Below, piece after piece: positions 25,910-34,341 of a stretch of DNA of 43,446 nt. Position 1 is the stretch's first letter; each line of letters starts with the position of its first letter. Source of the stretch: a virus (lineage: Duplodnaviria > Caudoviricetes); IMG/VR virus record IMGVR_UViG_3300005764_000032, positions 1 through 43,446 of that record; one strand, written 5' to 3'. The position numbers were made by a program, and so were the translations under genes. The notes under the pieces are model-generated. The model had not been told where the DNA came from. It saw nothing but the letters and a program-made list of their open reading frames with translations, and did no database searches.

Positions 25910-26082
25910 CAGAGGCTCTCGGCGGCTTCAGCGGCCTGCTCGGCGCGCAGGGCTTCCAGCTTGTTGCGCGTACGGTCGAGGCGACGGCGGCAGTGGTCCA
26001 GCTTGATCTCGCGCTTGGCTAGCTTGCGCTGCAGGCGGGCGATGTCCAGGGCACGGTCGGTGAGCGTGGGGGTCAGGATCAC
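25909..26082 (-). CDS. Small coiled-coil protein (57 aa)
   Basis: SD AGGAG then GTG. ILTPTLTDRALDIARLQRKLAKREIKL... Confidence 0.6.
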   Translation of the reverse strand: MILTPTLTDRALDIARLQRKLAKREIKLDHCRRRLDRTRNKLEALRAEQAAEAAESL

Positions 26083-26108
26083 GGTAGCTTGCTCCTATCT
26101 TCCCGTCC

Positions 26109-26324
26109 TCAGTTGATTGATGAATCGGGGCCGAGTCGCTCGAATCGATGCGCGTCGTGCTCGGCCACGATCGCGCGCATGACGTCCACCACGCCATCTA
26201 GAAACGCCTCCTCAAAGGTGGCCTGATCGACCAGGCCCCGGCCGACCGCCAGGCCGCGCGTGAACAGGCGTACGTGATAGCCCTCGCCGCTGTCCCAGAT
26301 CTCAGCCAGTTTGTGGCGAGCCAT
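26109..26324 (-). CDS. Hypothetical protein
   Basis: TGATG coupling with the upstream gene. Confidence 0.6.
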   Translation of the reverse strand: MARHKLAEIWDSGEGYHVRLFTRGLAVGRGLVDQATFEEAFLDGVVDVMRAIVAEHDAHRFERLGPDSSIN

Positions 26325-26671
26325 CAGCCGAAGCCCATCCGCGCGCCCTTGCGCGAGCGACGGAAGGCGTGGAGCATCCGCCAGACCTGGTCCTCGACCT
26401 CTTGCCGCTCACTCCTGGTCAGGCGGGTCAGCCCGGCGTCAGCCATGGCTCTGGGCAGGTGCACATTGAGCATGCGCGTGCGCACCAGCTGCTCCCACTG
26501 GCTGCGCTCGATCAGGTCGGCGCACTCTTCGCACGCTGTCCAACCGCCGGCAGAGCCCCAGTTGTAGGGCTGCATCTCGAAGTCGTAGGCCGGGTAGACC
26601 CACTCGGGCTCGGGGTGCGAACAAAAGTCGCAGCGAGGCCCCTTAGAGACCGTTGACGTGCTGACTGCCAT
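26324..26671 (-). CDS. Zn-finger-like hypothetical protein
   Basis: CDFC...W-x-AC-x-x-C motif. Confidence 0.7.
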   Translation of the reverse strand: MAVSTSTVSKGPRCDFCSHPEPEWVYPAYDFEMQPYNWGSAGGWTACEECADLIERSQWEQLVRTRMLNVHLPRAMADAGLTRLTRSERQEVEDQVWRMLHAFRRSRKGARMGFG

Positions 26672-27104
26672 ACGCGCCTCCCTGGTGGTCGTCTTTTGGA
26701 GAACCCGTGTGTGGGCCCTGTGGTGGAGCCTGCTGGGCCCTCAAGCGTTCGAGCACCTCCTCCAGGGTTTCGGTCTGACTGGGCGGCCACATGATCGTCC
26801 AGCGATTCAGGTAGCGCAGTAGGGTGCGGCGGCTGATACCCAGCCGCTGGGCTACCTCGGCGCGTGAGCGATGGTTGGCCGGCAAGGCCTCGTAGGCCTG
26901 GAACAGGTCGGTCGCAAAGACGCGCTCGTCGTAGCGCGTCGAGCCGGTCGGTCGGCCGACCCCCGCGCCAGTGCGCGGCAGCGGGCGGATGACTTCGAGA
27001 GCGAGGACGCCATAGGCCTTGTGAATCAGCTTCCTGAGGCGGGCCACCTCGCTCTCCAGGCGGACAATCTCGATTTCCAGTTGTGCTTCTCGTTCGCTTA
27101 CCAC
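26643..27104 (-). CDS. HTH DNA-binding protein
   Basis: GRP motif followed by SRAEVAQRLGISRRTLLRYL (HTH). Confidence 0.8.
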   Translation of the reverse strand: MVSEREAQLEIEIVRLESEVARLRKLIHKAYGVLALEVIRPLPRTGAGVGRPTGSTRYDERVFATDLFQAYEALPANHRSRAEVAQRLGISRRTLLRYLNRWTIMWPPSQTETLEEVLERLRAQQAPPQGPHTGSPKDDHQGGAYGSQHVNGL

Positions 27105-27136
27105 GTTGCCTCCGGTTTCGGGCTGGCCGGTGGATG

Positions 27137-27622
27137 TCAGACATGAATGCAGCGGGCGGCGATACGGATGACTCCGTCAATACGCCCATCCGAAGCGAAG
27201 TCGAGCGTGCGCGGAATGGCCGGGACGAGCGCGAGCACAATCCCAAACAAGTCGCGTCGCCCGATCCGTCGATTCGGGCCAGCCGGGCTATCTCCCCCAT
27301 ACAGACGACGTACCAGTAGAAGGTGCGCATTCACTGCTGCCGCGCGCGATGCGTAGCGGTATTCGCGGATCGGTATCGGGTCCCCACCGTCCTTGGGAAA
27401 CAGCAGGATGGCGGTCGCCCACAGCTGCGGCGGGGTCTTGCGCTGCGGGTCGAAGCTGGAGAACCAGGTGAAGATCTGGACGCTGCCGTCGTCGATCTCC
27501 CAGGGGTCTGAGGCGACTTCGAGGCGGTTGTCGGCCGCCTCGAACCAGCGCGACCAAGCGCGTTGGTCGCGCTCGGGGACAGGCCGCCCCCGACGGTCCA
27601 GGATGTACGGGTCTTCGTCCAA
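27137..27622 (-). CDS. Hypothetical phage protein
   Basis: YILD..G.PVP...W..WF...YASRAAAV.AH pattern. TTG start. Confidence 0.6.
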   Translation of the reverse strand: MDEDPYILDRRGRPVPERDQRAWSRWFEAADNRLEVASDPWEIDDGSVQIFTWFSSFDPQRKTPPQLWATAILLFPKDGGDPIPIREYRYASRAAAVNAHLLLVRRLYGGDSPAGPNRRIGRRDLFGIVLALVPAIPRTLDFASDGRIDGVIRIAARCIHV

Positions 27623-27641
27623 GGAGTGACTCCAGCGGGCC

Positions 27642-28922
27642 TCATGCGCGCTCGATCTGCACGATCTCGACGTCCTGGCCGTGGGTCTCGCGGACCTGGC
27701 GCAGGGCCTCGTCGATGCTCGGGGCGGTGACCGCGACCTTGAGTGTCATCACCACCGTGGCCGTCCATTCGCGATGGGTGACTTGCATCGGCACGGCCAG
27801 GGCGATCGGGGCAGCGGGCGGTGCGGCAGCGGGGGCCTGGCCCAGGTGCAGCTGCTGCACGACATCGCCCGGTACCCAGGTCTGGTTTCCGTCGATCAGG
27901 CGGAAGTGGCCGCCCCGCTCGACGTTGACGCGTTCGAGCTTGGCCGCGCGGAGCGCGCGCTGTGTCCTGGTATCGATGCCGTGCCGCCGCAGGATGCGGT
28001 AGAGCGTGCCCGGACCAATCCCGTACGTCTCGTTGATCTCGGCTGTTGTGACGTTTGGGTCCAGGTACAGGTGGGCGATCTCGGCCTCGGCCTGCTCGCC
28101 CAGGAAGCCGTTGGGCCGCCGCCGCTTCTGTCTTGGCTTGCCCCTGGTGGTGTGCCCGAGCGGGGGCTCGCTCGGCGCAGCCACCGGCACTGGTTCGGGC
28201 TCGTCCGGTTTCTCGGGCTCAGGCTCAGGCTCATTCGCTTCTGGCCAGGCCGCGCGGACCTTGCCCGTGGTCAGGTCACGGAAGTAGGCTTGGCCATTGC
28301 GAATCAGCAGTTCCTCCTCGCCTTCCAGGATGTGCGCGCCGGGCTGCCAGCGCGGCATGTCTTCGCGGGCCGGCATGTCCCGCCGCCGTCGAACTGTCGT
28401 GACGTCACCGACGCTGACGTCAAGTGCGCGCGTGATCTGGTTCAACGGCACGTCGCTGTCGGCGTACAGGCGGGCAATCAGATCCTCCCGTGGGATCTCC
28501 TTGCGCGCACCCGTCTTGAACAGGCGCATGTAGCTGGCCCACTCGCGCGAGCCCATCGGCGGAAGACCCTCGGCGCGGATGCGCTCGATTGCGGCCTGCT
28601 TCTGATCAGGCGGTAGTTGTCCGGCGGCGATCGCTTGAAACAGATCGGCCAGGGTGCTCTGGGGCGAAGCCCCGTTCGGTTCGCTCATCACCAGTTCCAA
28701 GTGCCTCTCCTTTGGCCCCGCACGTTCGGCGCGATGGGCTTGCTGCTCAGCAACGTGCGCTTCGACGGCTCGGCGTAAGGCGCGCCGCTCCTTGATCTCG
28801 CGCCAGTGGCGACGGACGCTCGGCTTGACCTGTTCCCAGCAGCGTTGGCACAGGTTGAAGCGAGCGATCTTGTGGCGGCTCTGACCGCATTCACGGCAGC
28901 GAGCGTGTGAAGTGGCAACCAA
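27642..28922 (-). CDS. Multidomain protein: Zn finger plus two HTH repeats
   Basis: CRECG/CQRC, IARLYAD..LNQITRALDVS and IAHLYLD..TAEINETYGIGPGTLYRIL. SD GGAGG before TTG 28922. Confidence 0.7.
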   Translation of the reverse strand: MVATSHARCRECGQSRHKIARFNLCQRCWEQVKPSVRRHWREIKERRALRRAVEAHVAEQQAHRAERAGPKERHLELVMSEPNGASPQSTLADLFQAIAAGQLPPDQKQAAIERIRAEGLPPMGSREWASYMRLFKTGARKEIPREDLIARLYADSDVPLNQITRALDVSVGDVTTVRRRRDMPAREDMPRWQPGAHILEGEEELLIRNGQAYFRDLTTGKVRAAWPEANEPEPEPEKPDEPEPVPVAAPSEPPLGHTTRGKPRQKRRRPNGFLGEQAEAEIAHLYLDPNVTTAEINETYGIGPGTLYRILRRHGIDTRTQRALRAAKLERVNVERGGHFRLIDGNQTWVPGDVVQQLHLGQAPAAAPPAAPIALAVPMQVTHREWTATVVMTLKVAVTAPSIDEALRQVRETHGQDVEIVQIERA

Positions 28923-28935
28923 CTGGGCCTCCAAT

Positions 28936-29154
28936 CTAATTCAGACAAAGAAAAAGGCCGCAGGGTAGGAGAAATACGTCGCGGCCGAGCGTTGCTAGCT
29001 CGGCCGCGTCTGACTTCGACTTGTTCCACCGGTCACCTTCGCCGCCGATGCGCTTGACGACCACTCGGTCGCCGGCGGTGAGCTTGACCACTTCTACCTC
29101 TGCCCCTGAGTGGCGCCCTCTACGGGCGACCCAGCGGGATCCGGGCATCACCAT
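28936..29154 (-). CDS. Hypothetical SH3-like protein
   Basis: SD GAGGAGG before ATG. Confidence 0.6.
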   Translation of the reverse strand: MVMPGSRWVARRGRHSGAEVEVVKLTAGDRVVVKRIGGEGDRWNKSKSDAAELATLGRDVFLLPCGLFLCLN

Positions 29155-29189
29155 CCAAACCTCCTCACACGACTTGCTCCTCCTTTTAT

Positions 29190-29693
29190 TCAGACCTCAT
29201 TCCACTGGGGGAACCATTCGTGGGCCAGGCGTTTGAGCGTACGCGCTGGTCGTTCGTTGTCCTGACTGTAGCCGTACCGTTCGAAGTAGCTGGCCAGGCT
29301 GTTGCGCGACATGTCCAGCATCTTGTGGACCGTCTCGACGGTGAGCCGAGCATGGACCGTCTCGGGATTGGCCAGCTCTCCCACCGCGTCATGGAGCCGG
29401 GTGTCAAAGTCTTCGATCGACAGGTCGGGTGGCCGCCAGCGGTGAATCCGAACGGGCTGCTCCTGGTCGGCCTGTAGCTCGAACAGCTCTTCGCGCACCA
29501 CCTCACGGATGGCCCGTTTCTGGTGACGGGTCATGGTGGGCGGTGCAGTGCGTCGGAACATCTCGGCCACCAGGGGCATCGTCTTGCCAGTCCCAGGTTT
29601 GAAGGCACGGGCTGTAGCCCTCCTCTGCATGGACGCCGGTCCCCCTGTGTCCAGGAAGAGTCTCGAACCATCCTCAGCGTTCGGGTTCCCCAC
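29190..29693 (-). CDS. Putative transcriptional regulator with C-terminal HTH (start uncertain)
   Basis: LTVETVHKMLDMSRNSLASYF is HTH-like. Confidence 0.6.
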   Translation of the reverse strand: MGNPNAEDGSRLFLDTGGPASMQRRATARAFKPGTGKTMPLVAEMFRRTAPPTMTRHQKRAIREVVREELFELQADQEQPVRIHRWRPPDLSIEDFDTRLHDAVGELANPETVHARLTVETVHKMLDMSRNSLASYFERYGYSQDNERPARTLKRLAHEWFPQWNEV

Positions 29694-29827
29694 CGCCCGT
29701 CGAGTTGCTAGCTGTCAGGTCGAGCCAGTACAAACAGATGATGTCGCCTATCGACTACCTCCGGATCGTCAAAACTTTCAGTCTAAGGATCACAGACGGT
29801 TAAACTTTCGTTAACCCAGGCTTTACG

Positions 29828-30076
29828 TCACCAGTTCGGGTCGTCGTCGCCAGGCTGCTGTCCAGGCGAGTAGCTGAGCAGGTCGCCTGGCGTCACGTCG
29901 AGCACGGCGCAGAGACGGTTGAGCGTCTTGAGGTCGATGCGGCGAGCCTCGCCCTTGTACAGGCTGTTGATCGTGGCGTAGGTCAAGCCCGTGCTGGCGG
30001 CGACTTCGGCTACTTTCAGCCCTCGCTCCCCCATGAGACGGCCGAGCTGAACGTGAATTGTCACTACCATTAGCAT
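29828..30076 (-). CDS. XRE-family HTH repressor (CI-like)
   Basis: LMGERGLKVAEVAASTGLTYATINSL...IDLKTLNRLCAVLDVTPGDLL is a classic XRE signature. Divergent from the replication operon. Confidence 0.88.
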   Translation of the reverse strand: MLMVVTIHVQLGRLMGERGLKVAEVAASTGLTYATINSLYKGEARRIDLKTLNRLCAVLDVTPGDLLSYSPGQQPGDDDPNW

Positions 30077-30161
30077 ACGCACGCTATCTGCTAGAAGAAC
30101 CCGAGCATCGGAATCTTCGTCAGAATTACAGATCCTGCGCTCAGATGCAACTAGTGTAATG

Positions 30162-30219
30162 GGCTGAACCATTCAAAACTGTCGAAACGTTCAGCCTTAG
30201 CAACGCTGAACGTTTTGAA
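30162..30219. promoter_or_regulatory. Operator-like inverted repeats in the divergent switch region
   Basis: AAACGTTCAGC-N9-GCTGAACGTTT (30185-30215) and a further GCTGAAC at 30163. The spacer is AT-rich. Confidence 0.55.
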
Positions 30220-30256
30220 GTGGTGCTGCGCCCGCGGCCGTTCCAGACTGGCGGCC

Positions 30257-30439
30257 ATGCCCAGACTCACCTATGAGATTCCGCGCAGCCAGTGGGCCAG
30301 GCTGGTGGAGCGGGCCCGTCTGGAAGGCGTCAGTCCGCGCACGCTGGTGCTGTGGGAGCTGCGCGAGTCACTGGCCAGGCCCGAGGATGGGCCGTCTTCG
30401 GCGCCGCCCGAACCGACTGACGTCCAGGCCGCGGCTTAG
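30257..30439 (+). CDS. Ribbon-helix-helix (Arc/CopG-like) regulator in the Cro position
   Basis: RLTYEIPRSQWARLVERARLEGVSPRTLV fits the RHH pattern. Confidence 0.7.
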   Translation: MPRLTYEIPRSQWARLVERARLEGVSPRTLVLWELRESLARPEDGPSSAPPEPTDVQAAA

Positions 30440-30442
30440 CCC

Positions 30443-30703
30443 ATGGCGACCAGAGCCCCGGGCGGAGCCGTGCCCAAGATCGCCGAGCTGGCGCGCGCCA
30501 GCTGGTACAAGTTCAAGCACTTCAATCCAGGCAGCGCCAGCGACCAGCAGCTGAGCTACGTCGTCGGCTTCCAGACCGGCTGGCGGCACTGCCTGGCGCG
30601 CACCGCCGAGTTCAGCGGGCTGATGCAGCAGATCGCCCACCTGAACCAGCTGCTCGAGGACGCGGCGGTGGTGCAGGACGTGCTCGACGAGGTCGCCGAC
30701 TGA
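30443..30703 (+). CDS. Hypothetical protein
   Basis: High GC3 and TGATG coupling to the next gene. Confidence 0.65.
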   Translation: MATRAPGGAVPKIAELARASWYKFKHFNPGSASDQQLSYVVGFQTGWRHCLARTAEFSGLMQQIAHLNQLLEDAAVVQDVLDEVAD

Positions 30704-31185
30704 TGGCCAGGGCCATCGCCATCATCGGCACGACCGTGGTCTTGCTGAGGGCTGCCCCCATGGCCACAGCAGAGCCCGATCGTGAGCGCGTCCACACCGC
30801 CGCCGCTGTGGCTGGGGTCGACGAGATCGATCTGCTCGGGGCGCTGCTGACGGTCGGCCAGGACGATCCGCGCGAGTACCTGTATGGCACCGGTGAGCTG
30901 CAGCGCCCCCCACCGCCGCTGCAGGGCGCAGTCGCGCGCGCTGACTGCATCATCGGCAAGGAGAGCGGAGGCCTCGACGTGCCCAACCGCTCAGGCTCGG
31001 ACGCGCGGGGGCCGGGCCAGTACCTCGAAGCGACCTGGGCCCGCCACACCAGCCTGTACCGCCAGGCAACGGGGTATGCGGGCGCGCTCAGCTTGCACAG
31101 CCTGGCCGACGTCCGGCGGGTCATGAGCTTCATGCTCGCGGCCTACCCCGGTAGCCGCAGTGAGTGGACGGTAGGAGGGTGCTGA
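30703..31185 (+). CDS. Secreted Rpf/SceD-like lytic transglycosylase
   Basis: Hydrophobic N-terminal signal-like peptide. CIIGKESGG...ARGPGQYLEATW carries the catalytic Glu, and the protein ends in W-x-x-x-x-C. Confidence 0.7.
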   Translation: MARAIAIIGTTVVLLRAAPMATAEPDRERVHTAAAVAGVDEIDLLGALLTVGQDDPREYLYGTGELQRPPPPLQGAVARADCIIGKESGGLDVPNRSGSDARGPGQYLEATWARHTSLYRQATGYAGALSLHSLADVRRVMSFMLAAYPGSRSEWTVGGC

Positions 31186-31409
31186 TGGCCAGACGCCTGG
31201 CGTACGCGAGTCCCAACGAGAAGCTCGATGCACTGGCCATCGCCATGAGCGTGGTCCAGCAGCAGGTTGCCATTCTGGGCCTGCTCGAGCTGGACCGGCG
31301 CGGCCAGATGACGCACATGAACGACGCGCTGCGGCAGAAGCTGGTCGATCGCCTGGCCGACTTCGCGGGAAGATGCCCGATGTCACAAACGCGTATCAAA
31401 ATGAACTGA
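31185..31409 (+). CDS. Hypothetical protein
   Basis: SD AGGAGG and TGATG coupling. Confidence 0.65.
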   Translation: MARRLAYASPNEKLDALAIAMSVVQQQVAILGLLELDRRGQMTHMNDALRQKLVDRLADFAGRCPMSQTRIKMN

Positions 31410-31448
31410 AAACGACCAAAACAGGAGACTGGACAGCGGTGGTGAAGA

Positions 31449-31556
31449 TTGACCTGGAGCAGGCTCGTGGCTGAGCTTGGCCTGATCCTGCTCGGCTGGC
31501 TCATCGCCAGCCTGGTGGCGGCCCTGCTGTTCGGGCACTGGGTACGGCGTCGATGA
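31449..31556 (+). CDS. Tiny single-TM protein
   Basis: Translated by hand: MTWSRLVAELGLILLGWLIASLVAALLFGHWVRRR. Confidence 0.5.
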   Translation: MTWSRLVAELGLILLGWLIASLVAALLFGHWVRRR

Positions 31557-31687
31557 AGCCAGACAAGCTGCTCGAGCAGATCTGGCGCGAGCGCCAGCGC
31601 GGTCAGCACGACCCGGTGGCGCCGCTGCTGGTCGGCCTGGCCGTGGTGCTACCGCTCGGCCTGGTCTGGCTGCTGAGCTTCCGTTGA
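31553..31687 (+). CDS. Tiny single-TM protein
   Basis: Translated by hand: MKPDKLLEQIWRERQRGQHDPVAPLLVGLAVVLPLGLVWLLSFR. ATGA overlap. Confidence 0.55.
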   Translation: MKPDKLLEQIWRERQRGQHDPVAPLLVGLAVVLPLGLVWLLSFR

Positions 31688-31736
31688 TCAGCGGCCGTGC
31701 GGGGCCTGGTACCGCACGTAGACGGAGACGAGACAG

Positions 31737-32288
31737 ATGCCAAAGAGACCTACCGAGCGGAGCATTGTCGCCATTCCCGATGGCTTCGACGAGACCCTGT
31801 CGTACCCCGTGAAGCTGGTCGGGCTCGAGGAAAAGCCGAGCCAGTTCAAGGACGCCAAGAGCGGCCAGAACGCCCTGGTATGGCACCTCGCGGTGCGCGA
31901 CCAGGACGGGCAGTTCTTTATCGACCCGTCCACGGGCGATACATACGAGACCTGGCAGTGGACGTCGGACACGACTTACTCCAACCCCACCAGCGGCAAG
32001 AAGGCCAAGGCCCGCGAGTGGACCGAAGCGTTCATGGGCCGCGAGCTGTCCGACGACGACATCAACGAGATGATCGACGACGGTTTCGCCGAGGTGCTGG
32101 CCAACCGCGAGGCGCTGGCCAGCTTCGAGACGCGTTTCACCCAGGACGGCGGCGAGCGGCTGTCGGTGATCAAGATGCGCCCGCTCAAGCGCAAGAAGAA
32201 GGCACCCGAGCCCGAGCCGGTTGCGGCTGCGCCAGCGCCCCGCCAACCGCGCCAGAGCCGCCTGGACGACGACGAGGACGACGAGTAG
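31737..32288 (+). CDS. Putative ssDNA-binding protein
   Basis: Beta-rich core, acidic tail LDDDEDDE, located in the replication module. Function is inferred. Confidence 0.55.
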   Translation: MPKRPTERSIVAIPDGFDETLSYPVKLVGLEEKPSQFKDAKSGQNALVWHLAVRDQDGQFFIDPSTGDTYETWQWTSDTTYSNPTSGKKAKAREWTEAFMGRELSDDDINEMIDDGFAEVLANREALASFETRFTQDGGERLSVIKMRPLKRKKKAPEPEPVAAAPAPRQPRQSRLDDDEDDE

Positions 32289-32291
32289 CTG

Positions 32292-33362
32292 GTGGCCGAT
32301 CTGGTCATCAGCGAGATGGCGCTCGAGGATTTCGAGGCTGCCGAGGCGGTCATCCGTGGCGGCCTCGAGACGTTCGTCGACGTCGGCCAGGCGTTGCTTG
32401 CGATCCGCGACGGACGCGGGTACCGCCACCGCGGTTTCGCCTCGTTCGAGGCGTACTGCTTTCGTCAGTGGCAGTTCAGCCGACCACACGCTTATCGGCT
32501 GATGGACGCTGCCGAGGTGGCAGGCATTTTGTCTCCAATTGGAGACACGCCTGCTAACGAAGCTCAGGCGCGCGCGCTCGCGCCGCTACTCGAGCGACCA
32601 GCTGAGCTGGCCGAGGCCTGGCGCGAGGCGGTGGAGACCGCGCCTGACGGCCAGCTAACCGCCAGGCACGTCGCGGCGGTGGTGGAGCGCCATGCCAAGC
32701 CGTTGCCTGGACCGGACTCGCGGCCGATGCCCAGAGCTGCGCTGTTGCGCTTCAGCCAGGACCTGCCGACGCCGTCGATTGTGTCGCTGATTCTGCGCGT
32801 GCACTTTCCGGATGCTGAAACAGCGCTTGATCTGACGTACGGGTTGGGCGGCTTCTGGGATGGCTCGGCCCACGTTCAGGTGACAGCTCACGATCTGCGC
32901 GCAGATCGGTCGCCAGGAGCTGCGCTGGACCTGCGCAGCGTAACGCTGGCCTATGGGCCCAAGAGCTTCGACGTTGTGTTTGTTGACCCGCCGCAGGTAG
33001 CTGATGCTGGTGACGATTCGATCATGGGTCAGCGATTCGGCTCGGCTACCCAGGCCGAACTCAAGCAGTTGATCATCAAGGCGGCTAGCGTGGCCTGGCT
33101 GACAGCACGCGTGGGCATGGTGTTCAAGGTGTGCGACCACATCCACGCGCAGCAGTTCCAGATGGAAACAGACTGGGTACGCGAGGCGCTGGGCGGACGT
33201 GTGCCGTACGACGTAGTCCACCAGGTCCGCTCGGCTGCGCTTGTTGATCCGCGCTGGGAAGAACAGCTCAGTGCCCGTAACAACGGCGCCACCTTTCTGA
33301 TATTCCGACGCGGTGACCAGCGCCATGTTCGGCGCGAGCGACGAGAAAAGGCAGCGCCGTGA
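32292..33362 (+). CDS. Amino-DNA methyltransferase fused to a helical phage DNA-binding domain
   Basis: N-terminal VGQALLAIRD..YR...FEAYC...W domain. Motif I ALDLTYGLGGFW and motif IV-like FDVVFVDPPQ. Confidence 0.75.
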   Translation: MADLVISEMALEDFEAAEAVIRGGLETFVDVGQALLAIRDGRGYRHRGFASFEAYCFRQWQFSRPHAYRLMDAAEVAGILSPIGDTPANEAQARALAPLLERPAELAEAWREAVETAPDGQLTARHVAAVVERHAKPLPGPDSRPMPRAALLRFSQDLPTPSIVSLILRVHFPDAETALDLTYGLGGFWDGSAHVQVTAHDLRADRSPGAALDLRSVTLAYGPKSFDVVFVDPPQVADAGDDSIMGQRFGSATQAELKQLIIKAASVAWLTARVGMVFKVCDHIHAQQFQMETDWVREALGGRVPYDVVHQVRSAALVDPRWEEQLSARNNGATFLIFRRGDQRHVRRERREKAAP

Positions 33363-33562
33363 AATCGACAGCCAAAGACCCGCTACGCGGCATGCCGTCT
33401 GAGCTGCGCGCAGAGTTCGATCGGCTGCCGATCCGTATCCAGCACGCCTACGTCCGCTTTCGCACTGAGCGCGTTGAGCGCCGTGGTGCCCACCGCGACC
33501 AGCTCGAGGCCTTTGTGGCCGGTTACTACGCCCGTCCTGGGCGCATGTTGAGGTCTGCATGA
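33359..33562 (+). CDS. Hypothetical protein
   Basis: Overlapping start and stop at both ends. Confidence 0.55.
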   Translation: MKSTAKDPLRGMPSELRAEFDRLPIRIQHAYVRFRTERVERRGAHRDQLEAFVAGYYARPGRMLRSA

Positions 33563-33801
33563 GCGACAGCATCTACCACCGTTATCCGCCGACCGAGGCC
33601 GAGGTGCGCGAAAAGCCGGGTTACTTCTCGTCGCTGCACGAGCGCGACGCTGACGATCGCTCGAAGTGTGGCTGGTGCGGCGAGGCCTGGCCGTGCCCGG
33701 GCGCGCAGCACCAGATCAAGGAGACGGCCACGTACGCCCGCGAGTGGTGGTACTTGCCGTTCGACCGCAAGACCGGCATGCCGATCAGGCGGTCGGCGTG
33801 A
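33559..33801 (+). CDS. Hypothetical protein with a CxxC...WPC motif
   Basis: LH...CGWCGEAWPC motif, common in actinophage small proteins. Confidence 0.65.
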   Translation: MSDSIYHRYPPTEAEVREKPGYFSSLHERDADDRSKCGWCGEAWPCPGAQHQIKETATYAREWWYLPFDRKTGMPIRRSA

Positions 33802-33998
33802 CCGTCCCGCCGCTGCTCAACGAGCTGGAGCTGCGTCGTCTCCAGGCTGACGTCGATGACTGTCCGCACGGTCACGACGACTGCGCGCTGATCGGTCAGC
33901 TGCTCGAGCTGATCGCTGACCAGCGCCAGCACATCGCCGAGCTGCACGAGCAGCTGGTCGAGCAGCGTGCGGCTCACCACCACTGGTCGGCGCGCTAA
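33798..33998 (+). CDS. Hypothetical protein
   Basis: GTGA overlap. Confidence 0.55.
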   Translation: MTVPPLLNELELRRLQADVDDCPHGHDDCALIGQLLELIADQRQHIAELHEQLVEQRAAHHHWSAR

Positions 33999-34341
33999 GC
34001 CGGCCCTGGTCGGCGTCCTGTCCGAGGACGCCTTCGAGGTGCAGGTCATGCGCCTGGCCAGGCTGTGGGGCTGGTGCGGCTTCCATATCCGCTACTCAGT
34101 GGCGGCCACGCGTGGCATTCACTTGCTCAAGCGCGACGGGCACATGGACGGCTGGGGCTTCCCGGACTGGATCTTCCTCAAGGCGGGTCGCCCGCCCAAG
34201 TTCCGCGAGCTGAAGAGCGACGTCGGGCGCATGAGCATCCACCAGAACTTCTGGCAGAAGCTGCTGGCGGCGGCCGGCGCCGACGTCGGGGTGTGGCGGC
34301 CGGCCATGCTGCAGCAGATCGCCGAGGAGTTCGCGGCGTGA
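33967..34341 (+). CDS. VRR-NUC domain nuclease / Holliday junction resolvase-like
   Basis: GFPD...FRELK...G.MSIHQ..W...L...VWRP signature. Confidence 0.85.
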   Translation: MRLTTTGRRAKPALVGVLSEDAFEVQVMRLARLWGWCGFHIRYSVAATRGIHLLKRDGHMDGWGFPDWIFLKAGRPPKFRELKSDVGRMSIHQNFWQKLLAAAGADVGVWRPAMLQQIAEEFAA

